A stretch of DNA of 64,000 bases from Sedimentisphaerales bacterium (GTDB lineage: Bacteria; Planctomycetota; Phycisphaerae; Sedimentisphaerales; Anaerobacaceae), in contig JAFGEF010000107.1 in the NCBI GenBank assembly GCA_016931715.1, positions 21,932 through 85,931 of the forward strand, read 5' to 3'. The position numbers and the translations under genes are program-made. Below the pieces are notes generated by a model. The model did no database searches, was not told the origin of the DNA, and worked only from the letters and a program-made list of their open reading frames with translations. This document shows positions 48,808 to 55,915 of this stretch, in pieces. Each line of letters starts with the position of its first letter. The stretch's first letter is position 1.

Positions 48808-48901
48808 AATATTGTCAGTAAAAAATAGTTGATTATGCTCACAGCTCTTTTAACTAAAAGACAACAACTTATGTCCGAATGTATTATTTTCTACAGTATT
48901 C

Positions 48902-49741
48902 TTATATCGATTTACGTAATTTCCAGCCGCCGATTCCCAAACCGATAAGGCCAAGAATTATAGTGCCTGGAACAGGTGTGAGTATTATTTTGGCGTCTGA
49001 ACTAATAATCCAGAAGTCTGTATCAAGCAACTCCCCTGATGCTAATATCCCGGTTAGATTCCTTAAAGATTCTTCCCAAGGATCACCGGTTATGCTTAAG
49101 ATTTCACCAGAAAAAGGCACTCCATCAACGGCAAAATTAGATCCATTGATTATAATAGTAGAGCTATTATCAAGATAGAATAAATCCCCAAAATTGCCGC
49201 CAGAAATATCAACTATACTGTTATGAAATGTATATATTGGACCATTTATTGTTCCGCCAGAGATATAAACATGGCTATCGTTTGATGTCCATATATTTTG
49301 ACCGACCCATCCGCCGGATAAATATATTTGACTGTAATCAATAGTATTTAGCCCGCCGTTAAGTATTCCACCAGAGATATGAGTCTGGCTGTAGTCTTCG
49401 GCTAATATAGAAGGGAAAGACGGATTTTCTCCAATTATACCACCTGAAATATTGACTTGGCTCCTATGGGCAGGAGCTATTCTTTGAGTAACCTCACCAT
49501 CGACAACATTGAGTAAACTATCTTCGCACATAGTTATAATCGGAATCTTTCCTCCTTTTAACAAATTCACTGTTGTTCCATCTCCTGGTCTGTATTCGTC
49601 AACTAATATGCTGGCAGTAATTTCTGTGTTGATGTTGTAAGTACCACCACCCCAGAGCCACATTACATCAGCAAACAGCGGCGAATCAAAAACAAAAATT
49701 GCCGCCGTAATCGCTATTATTGTCATCCTTGCATTTTTCAT
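48902..49741 (-). CDS. PEP-CTERM-type anchored secreted protein with about 20-aa ISGG repeats (beta-helix-like)
   Basis: The signal peptide is MKNARMTIIAITAAIFVF. There are five repeats with the cores NISGG, HISGG, YLSGG, YISGG and DISGG. The C-terminus TPVPGTIILGLIGLGIGGWKLRKSI combines a PEP-like motif, a TM helix and a basic tail. Confidence 0.7.
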   Translation of the reverse strand: MKNARMTIIAITAAIFVFDSPLFADVMWLWGGGTYNINTEITASILVDEYRPGDGTTVNLLKGGKIPIITMCEDSLLNVVDGEVTQRIAPAHRSQVNISGGIIGENPSFPSILAEDYSQTHISGGILNGGLNTIDYSQIYLSGGWVGQNIWTSNDSHVYISGGTINGPIYTFHNSIVDISGGNFGDLFYLDNSSTIIINGSNFAVDGVPFSGEILSITGDPWEESLRNLTGILASGELLDTDFWIISSDAKIILTPVPGTIILGLIGLGIGGWKLRKSI

Positions 49742-50237
49742 CTTTTTGCCCTTTCATAATTTTCATTTTATTTGGTAATTGAGAATTTATTCAAATACTG
49801 AACTTGTTGTCAACAGAACCACAAAAATCGAAATCAAAATAGGTTTGTGTTTCATTATGTACCTCCTTTCAAAAATAATCACATATATGTTCTTATTTTC
49901 TTATTTCCACATTTTAGCACTAAAACAAGAAATGTTAAGATATTTTTCGTTTATTGGCATTTTTATAGTAAATATTTTGGCATCGCCATACGCCGTATAT
50001 ATGGCAATTGTTTTTCTTGTTGTTTTTTATGAAAATAGGAAGGAATAAGAAGTTTTGAATTAACTAACAACTAAAGACTAAAAACTATTGATTGCCACAT
50101 AGGGCACAGAAAATAAAGAGATTTTAGCCATAAGCAAAAACATTGCGCTTTGCGCAATAAATAGCAGTCAAACAGGCCGCAGAGAGAAAATACCTGATAA
50201 ATATTGATAATTATGTATGAATTGTGCTTTATTATTG

Positions 50238-50264
50238 TTGACATAAACGCTCTATTGTTATAAA
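50238..50264 (+). promoter_or_regulatory. sigma70-like promoter candidate (TTGACA, 15 nt spacer, TGtTATAAA extended -10)
   Basis: TTGACA lies at 50238-50243. TATAAA lies at 50259-50264, preceded by TGT. It points towards the 43-codon ORF at 50310-50441 and the FRG gene. Promoter consensus in this lineage is unknown. Confidence 0.25.
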
Positions 50265-50441
50265 TAGCATATGTAGTAAAGACGGTCGTACTGAATATTC
50301 GGATCGTCGGTGAGCTTGAGTATTAACGTCGGGCTTAAAGAAAAAGCGAATCGCCTTCCTATTCATGCGGCTGTCATATATTTTACCAAGAAGAAACGCG
50401 AAGAAAAGGACGCTATTGATGTCATACTAAAAACTAAATAA

Positions 50442-50475
50442 TTAACCACGAATTAACACTAATGAACACGAATTA
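50442..50475. repeat. short intergenic repeat module M1 (left copy)
   Basis: The sequence ttaaccacgaattaacactaatgaacacgaatta matches the reverse complement of part of 59521-59561 at 26 of 34 positions by hand alignment. It is low complexity, so support is weak. Confidence 0.35.
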
Positions 50476-50588
50476 TGTAAAACAAGGAGATAGAGGTTTT
50501 TATTAAGAATTAGACACTAATCCGCCAAATTAGTTCTGGCGGACTAAAAGGCACAAAGGTTATGGTAATATTATAGAGCAAGAGTACT

Positions 50589-50912
50589 ATGAAAAGAGTA
50601 GTTGACTACGATGAACTCGCAGGCGAGTTAAATAGTTTCGAAAATAAAGTAGCCCTTCATCCAAATTGGTTATTTAGAGGTCAGACAAATAGCGATTGGA
50701 CTTTGAAACCTTCTTTTACAAGAATAGCGGAAAAAAGGAGGCTTAGCAGAAATCAAGCTCTCCAATTAGAGCGTGAAGCTGTGCATAAGTTCTCTATAAG
50801 CGGAAGCAAGCTTCTGCCGCTAAAGTATACGATCGACTTGACCCTATCGCGTTTCAAGTCTCAGAATGGTGCTGGCATTGATTTTGGGAGATTATTGGTA
50901 GTAAGACAATGA
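50589..50912 (+). CDS. FRG-domain protein, apparently a truncated N-terminal fragment (possible pseudogene)
   Basis: The stretch HPNWLFRGQTNSDWTLKPSFTR is the eponymous FRG motif. The ORF stops after 107 aa, before the region that normally follows in FRG proteins of about 250 aa. Confidence 0.5.
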   Translation: MKRVVDYDELAGELNSFENKVALHPNWLFRGQTNSDWTLKPSFTRIAEKRRLSRNQALQLEREAVHKFSISGSKLLPLKYTIDLTLSRFKSQNGAGIDFGRLLVVRQ

Positions 50913-51006
50913 GATTAAACAATTAAATATTAGCTCGAGTTGGTGGAAAATGTGATGTTGTATGGCCCCAAACAAATATTAGCAGGGCTCAGTTAGGTGA
51001 AACAAA

Positions 51007-51774
51007 ATGACAGTAGACGAATATCTGCAAAAATTGGTTAATAAATATCGAGTTCCAGCTGTTGCACAAGGAACGCCAGAATTTAAAGCAGCAAACTCAA
51101 TATATCCAATTATACAAAGATGGGCAGGCAACCAATTAAGAGAAGTTACTTTTTCTGGCTCTAATGCCAAAGGCACAGCTATACGTGGGAGAACAGATGT
51201 AGATTTATTTATATCCTTAAAATCGGACACAAATGAAACCTTAAAAGAAATATTTAACAGTCTATATAATTATATGGTTCAGAATGGATATTCTTCCACA
51301 AAGAAACAACATGTTTCTATTCATATAGTTCATAGTGGTATTGAAGTTGATTTAGTTCCTGCAAAACACTTCGGTGGTAATACCGAGGACCATTGGCTTT
51401 ATGTGAATAGACCAAACAGAGAAAGAATAAAAACTAACGTTAATGAACACATTAACTTGGTAAGGGATTCGAACCGGACAAATGAAATAATCCTAACAAA
51501 AATCTGGCGACTAAATCATAACTTGGATTTCCCGTCGTTTTATCTGGAGCTTGTTGTTATCGAAGCGTTGAAATATAAACGTGTAGGACTTTCAGAAAAT
51601 TTCTTATCAGTTCTGGAATATCTATCAAACAGTTTTATCTCGGCTCGTTTCATTGATCCAGCGAATACAAACAATATCATTTCTGATGATCTCGCAGACA
51701 TTGAAAAGAAAGCCATTGCCAGTCAGGCAAAGAAAAGCAAGGCAGAACGGTTATGGGAAAGTATTGTATGGTAA
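51007..51774 (+). CDS. Pol-beta superfamily nucleotidyltransferase, OAS/CD-NTase/SMODS-like
   Basis: The stretch FSGSNAKGTAIRGRTDVDLFISL gives the GS...GT...DxD signature, and the third acidic residue is in IEVDLVPA. The helical C-terminal half contains TKIWRLNHNLDFPSFYLELVVIEAL and IDPANTNNIIS, as in OAS/CD-NTase-type enzymes. Confidence 0.7.
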   Translation: MTVDEYLQKLVNKYRVPAVAQGTPEFKAANSIYPIIQRWAGNQLREVTFSGSNAKGTAIRGRTDVDLFISLKSDTNETLKEIFNSLYNYMVQNGYSSTKKQHVSIHIVHSGIEVDLVPAKHFGGNTEDHWLYVNRPNRERIKTNVNEHINLVRDSNRTNEIILTKIWRLNHNLDFPSFYLELVVIEALKYKRVGLSENFLSVLEYLSNSFISARFIDPANTNNIISDDLADIEKKAIASQAKKSKAERLWESIVW

Positions 51775-52493
51775 AACCTAAGAATCAAATCGATATCAGA
51801 GAAATATTTTTAGGTATGCAACGGCAGATGCGCACAAAGCTTACTTTGAACAGAAAAATATTGACTCACCCTGTTGTAAAAGGTGATGTAAGTGAAGCGG
51901 AATGGATTGACATGCTTTCATCGTATTTGCCAAGCCGCTATCGAGTTGATAAGGCATTTGTTATTGATTGCGACGGCATTGTGAGCGATCAAATTGACAT
52001 TGTTATTTATGACCGCCATTATTCGCCTTTTATTCTCAAACAAAACGGCTCAACGTATATCCCTGCCGAAAGTGTTTATGCAGTGATCGAGGTCAAACCA
52101 ACTTTGACTGCGAAAAATATTGACTACGCCGCACATAAAGCCTATTCTGTACGAAGACTTAAACGCACAACTGCACGAATTGTTCATGCAGCTGGAGAAA
52201 TAAAAAAGCCTAAAAAACCATTCAATATTCTGGCGGGAATTTTAACAATAGATGGTAAATGTACCGATGCCTTGAAGACAAAACTTATGAAACTGCCCAA
52301 GAAGCAGACTTTGCAATTCGGGTGTTCACTTGACTATGTTTCATTCTGGTTAAAGAAGAATAAATTTGAGAAGAGTTTGCAGACAGACGCACTGATTTTC
52401 TTTTTTATTAATTTACTATCGGAGCTTCAGCAATTAGGGACGGTGAGTGCAATTAATTTGAAAGCATATATAAAAACCTTTAAGGAAAAATAA
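51768..52493 (+). CDS. DUF6602-like PD-(D/E)xK (restriction-endonuclease fold) protein
   Basis: The stretch THPVVKGDVSEAEWIDMLSSYLPSRYRVDKAFVIDCDGIVSDQIDIVIYDRHYSPFILKQNGSTYIPAESVYAVIEVKPTL matches my memory of the DUF6602 core (E...YLP..Y...D..G..S.Q.DIVIYD...P.E.VYAVIEVK). The start is either ATG 51753 or ATG 51768. The latter overlaps the NTase stop as ATGGTAA. Confidence 0.65.
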   Translation: MVKPKNQIDIREIFLGMQRQMRTKLTLNRKILTHPVVKGDVSEAEWIDMLSSYLPSRYRVDKAFVIDCDGIVSDQIDIVIYDRHYSPFILKQNGSTYIPAESVYAVIEVKPTLTAKNIDYAAHKAYSVRRLKRTTARIVHAAGEIKKPKKPFNILAGILTIDGKCTDALKTKLMKLPKKQTLQFGCSLDYVSFWLKKNKFEKSLQTDALIFFFINLLSELQQLGTVSAINLKAYIKTFKEK

Positions 52494-52543
52494 TATTATT
52501 TTATTATATACAAAATAATATGAATAGCTATTAGGATAATCCA

Positions 52544-54328
52544 ATGGAACCGGAAAAACTAAAACCATACAAATCGTTTTTATTTTGTACGATTGCAGAT
52601 ATTCCTGTCACAACAGTAAGTGATGATATTGAGGAACTGGTAAAAGGAAAAGAAGGTACTGTTCTTTCAAGAAATAATCTTGAACCAGAAGGTTTGGAAA
52701 TATCATTATTTACTTATATTGATAAAATAACACCTCCTTGGAGTAATGATGAATCTGTAAAAGATATTATTAATGAATTAGTAGTAGTAGTTAAAAAGAA
52801 TAAATATATTGCTATTTATTCTTCAAATACATCTATTCGAGATACTATCAGAAGTTTTATATCTGGCACAAAGAAGAAAAAAGAAAATAAATTTACTTAT
52901 CTAAAACTTATTCCGCGCGGTTTACTAAACGCTGCTTTTATTAAAGGACAAACTCAAACATTATGGCTGTCAGGAACACATAGACGAACCGCTTCAAAGG
53001 TGGATAATAAAATTATCAACGGTCTTGATTTGCGATACGCTTTAGATCCGTTGGGTGATCAGTCATTTTTCTTTACTGCCGCAAGATGCAAGCTCCCGAC
53101 TAATATATTTAAAAATCTTATTGGTATATCGCCCAGAAAAAGTTCTCTATGGGCGGGTTTTTCTAAACAATGGGATGATTTTATTGTTAGTACAAAATTA
53201 CTATTAAACCTTTTAGAAGATACCAAAAAGCCTAATCAGAATCCATTACCAATATTAGCTGAAAGTATTAATGGATTAAATGACTTAGAAAATATTGGTA
53301 AATGTTATGATGCTGCAATTATTCCCCCCATATTGCTTGCAGAAACAGATATAGACTCTAATGATCGAAAAGATGCTGAAATGTGGAATGAATTGCATTT
53401 TGAAATAGTTTCGACTGAAAGCTCATTGAATTTTAAGGCGGAAGTTTCGTTATTTGAAATTGATAAGTTAAATAACATCGGAACATTTTCATTTACGTTT
53501 GATGATTTGACTATGTTACCACAGGTTGAATACAAAATTGAAGGTGAAGCAGCATCATCGGAGAATCAAGAAATTTTTAACAAAGCTCTTAATATGTTAC
53601 AAACTAATAAGAATTGGCTAAAAGTATGGTATGATTCAGGACATGTCATTGCAGAAAGAGAAATCTTTTTGCACCGGTTTCGTGATATGCCTTTTATGCA
53701 TTTTGAAGGACAAGCTTTAATTAATATCTCTATTAAAAATGAAAAGCCGCCTTATCCGATCGAGGATAATATTGGAAAGCATAAGTCACTTTTTTGTTAT
53801 GTTAAGAATACACTAACGAAAGGTTGGTTGACTTGTGATGATGGATCAATGGAAATGGCTGATTTTATTCATTTTAATAAAATCACGGATAAACCAACAA
53901 TCTCTCTCATTCATGTAAAGGCTTCCAAAAAAAATGAACCAAAACGTAATATGGCGGTATCTGATTATGAAATAGTTGTTAGCCAGGCAATTAAGAATAT
54001 TCGATATTTGAGCACAGATAATTTATTGGAAGGCTTAACAGCCGGGTTGAAAAAGAAGATACAAAATGCTACATGGAAGGATGGGAAAAAGCAGAGTAAT
54101 GGACGCAAAGGGATGCTAAAAGAAATTGAAAAATGTGGAACCAACATTTCTTATAAAGTTATTGTTTTTCAACCGCGTGCTCGTATTTCAGAAATTGAAA
54201 AGACCAGAGTAAATAAGAAGGGAAAATCATATAAGATTTTGCAACAACTTGATACTTTATTATTGGGAGCCAGTCATGATTGTCAATCTGCAGGAGCAGA
54301 ATTTATAGCTTGGATAGATGGTAGTTGA
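52544..54328 (+). CDS. 594-aa hypothetical protein with a C-terminal endonuclease-fold-like motif
   Basis: AGGA lies 7 nt upstream of the ATG. About 420 aa at the N-terminus have no recognisable family. The C-terminus reads CDDGSMEMADFIHFNKITDKPTISLIHVKASKK...VSDYEIVVSQAIKNIRYL and is reminiscent of sporadically distributed TIGR04141/DUF6119-type proteins (tentative). Confidence 0.55.
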   Translation: MEPEKLKPYKSFLFCTIADIPVTTVSDDIEELVKGKEGTVLSRNNLEPEGLEISLFTYIDKITPPWSNDESVKDIINELVVVVKKNKYIAIYSSNTSIRDTIRSFISGTKKKKENKFTYLKLIPRGLLNAAFIKGQTQTLWLSGTHRRTASKVDNKIINGLDLRYALDPLGDQSFFFTAARCKLPTNIFKNLIGISPRKSSLWAGFSKQWDDFIVSTKLLLNLLEDTKKPNQNPLPILAESINGLNDLENIGKCYDAAIIPPILLAETDIDSNDRKDAEMWNELHFEIVSTESSLNFKAEVSLFEIDKLNNIGTFSFTFDDLTMLPQVEYKIEGEAASSENQEIFNKALNMLQTNKNWLKVWYDSGHVIAEREIFLHRFRDMPFMHFEGQALINISIKNEKPPYPIEDNIGKHKSLFCYVKNTLTKGWLTCDDGSMEMADFIHFNKITDKPTISLIHVKASKKNEPKRNMAVSDYEIVVSQAIKNIRYLSTDNLLEGLTAGLKKKIQNATWKDGKKQSNGRKGMLKEIEKCGTNISYKVIVFQPRARISEIEKTRVNKKGKSYKILQQLDTLLLGASHDCQSAGAEFIAWIDGS

Positions 54329-54340
54329 GTTAGGATTTGT

Positions 54341-55066
54341 ATGGGAAAGCAACGATTATTAGTAAGTATTAGAGGTAAAAAGGAAGCTTTAGCAGCAATA
54401 AAAGGTGGTGCTCAAATTGCTGATGTCGAATTTCCGGCTTCGGCCTTAGGGACACCGTATCCGTTAAATATTCGAGTAGTTAGAAATGCTATGCCCAAGC
54501 ATATCAAAGTTGCAACCAATATCGGCGAGGAACAGTCTGGTCGTTCAAGTGCATGTCAGGCAGCTTTAGGTGTGGCGTTGGCGGGGGCAGATATTGTCAA
54601 ATTAGGCCTTGCTAAAATGTCTCTTGGTGAAGCAAAAGAGTTCGGGCCGGCACTCGTTAGAACGGTCAAGAAATGGTTTCCGCGAAAGCAATGTATTCCA
54701 GCATTATTTGCTGATGAACGTCTGGCCAATTGGTATATTGACCCTATAAAACAAGGACCTGAATTAGCAGAACTTATGAAAGCAGATGGATTATTGGTGG
54801 ATACTTTTGATAAATCACTTGGAAAAGGTCTGATGGATTATTATACAATTGGTGATATCAGAAAATTTGTAAAGAAATGCCATGATAGGAATATTGAGGC
54901 ATGGTTGGCAGGAAGTATTGGTAAAGATGAACTTCCTGATTTGTGGGAAGCTGGGGTTGATGTTGTTTGTGTTCGTGGTGCTGCTTGTAAGTCGGGTACA
55001 GGACCGGGAAGATTTGGAGAAGTTGATACAAAACTTGTGAAAGAACTAATTAGTACTATTCCATGA
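54341..55066 (+). CDS. MfnB/DUF556-like class I aldolase TIM-barrel ((5-formylfuran-3-yl)methyl phosphate synthase family)
   Basis: Supporting blocks are LLVSIRGKKEALAAIKGGAQIADVEFPASALGTPYP, GADIVKLGL, LLVDTFDKSLGKGL, EAWLAGSIG and VDVVCVRGAAC. Their order and spacing match the family pattern. Confidence 0.6.
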   Translation: MGKQRLLVSIRGKKEALAAIKGGAQIADVEFPASALGTPYPLNIRVVRNAMPKHIKVATNIGEEQSGRSSACQAALGVALAGADIVKLGLAKMSLGEAKEFGPALVRTVKKWFPRKQCIPALFADERLANWYIDPIKQGPELAELMKADGLLVDTFDKSLGKGLMDYYTIGDIRKFVKKCHDRNIEAWLAGSIGKDELPDLWEAGVDVVCVRGAACKSGTGPGRFGEVDTKLVKELISTIP

Positions 55067-55890
55067 CAGCTGAAGAAAAGAACCAGAATAAAGGATATTT
55101 GAATGGTGCTCGAGTTTATCTTTCGGGTCCCATGGATTTTGTTGCTTCTCGCGAAGAAGAAAAAAAGAATGGATGGCGGATTCGTGTAAAACAATTCCTC
55201 CAGTCCTACGGAGCAATAGTTTTTGATCCATGGGAAAAGCCTAAAGTTCGTGGCCTTCATGAATATGGCAAAGAAGGTGTTGTTTCAATCAATGTACGCG
55301 AGAATTGGACATTTGAAGAAAGTAGAAAGGGTGCTGAAATACGTTCTGAATGTGCTCAAAAATTTTATGAAACCATGCATATAGATTTAAGAATGGTTGA
55401 TATAAGCGATTTTGTAATTGCATATTGCCCGACAAATATATATAGCGTTGGTACTCCTCATGAAATAATCACTGCAAGAAACCAGCAAAAGCCGGTTTTA
55501 TTTATTAGTACTCCGGTTGTATTTCCTGCTTTGGAGAATTTGAAAACTCATCTTAATAGCTCTGGAGATAAAGCTGGTTTGCAGTTATTAAACGAATTAG
55601 AAAATCAGGTTCCAATTAAACAAAATCCCAAAGGGATACCAAGTTTATGGTATATGCCTTTGATTGGAAGTAACAACTTTTTTGATAGTTTTGGTTTTTC
55701 TAAATATGCTGAAAAATATAAATGGTCTAAGTCTCCTTCAGATGATCTTGAACAGCATAATCCACCAAAGCGACCATTATTAGATTTTCTCAGGCAATTA
55801 AACATGAAGCTTCCACAAAAATGGAATATAAATAAAAATAAAATTGAAAAAGATGATGACTGGCTCTTGCTTGATATAAAGCAGGTATGA
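55063..55890 (+). CDS. nucleoside 2-deoxyribosyltransferase-like (NDT/LOG/DNPH1-superfamily) protein with a C-terminal extension of about 110 aa
   Basis: Supporting blocks are ARVYLSGPMDF, VFDPW and DLRMVDISDFVIAYCPTNIYSVGTPHEIITARNQQKPVLFIS. Together these give the YxxGP start, the acidic D, and the GTxxE(I/L)xxA...KPV pattern. The start is an ATGA overlap with the preceding gene. Confidence 0.55.
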   Translation: MTAEEKNQNKGYLNGARVYLSGPMDFVASREEEKKNGWRIRVKQFLQSYGAIVFDPWEKPKVRGLHEYGKEGVVSINVRENWTFEESRKGAEIRSECAQKFYETMHIDLRMVDISDFVIAYCPTNIYSVGTPHEIITARNQQKPVLFISTPVVFPALENLKTHLNSSGDKAGLQLLNELENQVPIKQNPKGIPSLWYMPLIGSNNFFDSFGFSKYAEKYKWSKSPSDDLEQHNPPKRPLLDFLRQLNMKLPQKWNINKNKIEKDDDWLLLDIKQV

Positions 55891-55915
55891 ATAATCTATC
55901 AAATTCTTTTAAAGA

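Noticed and set aside
49779-50048. An 89-aa hydrophobic plus-strand ORF in the AT-rich spacer after the PEP-CTERM gene.
   Set aside because: It has a TTG start and no RBS, and the DNA is extremely AT-rich. The hydrophobicity is what AT-rich sequence gives on translation (F, I, L, Y, N, K). A small membrane peptide cannot be excluded, but there is no support for one.
50310-50441. A 43-codon ORF (GTG start; VSLSINVGLKEKANRLPIHAAVIYFTKKKREEKDAIDVILKTK) downstream of the promoter-like TTGACA/TATAAA.
   Set aside because: It is too short, lacks an RBS and has no family signature that I recognise. It might be a small regulatory or antitoxin-like peptide, or a gene remnant. I did not call it as a feature.
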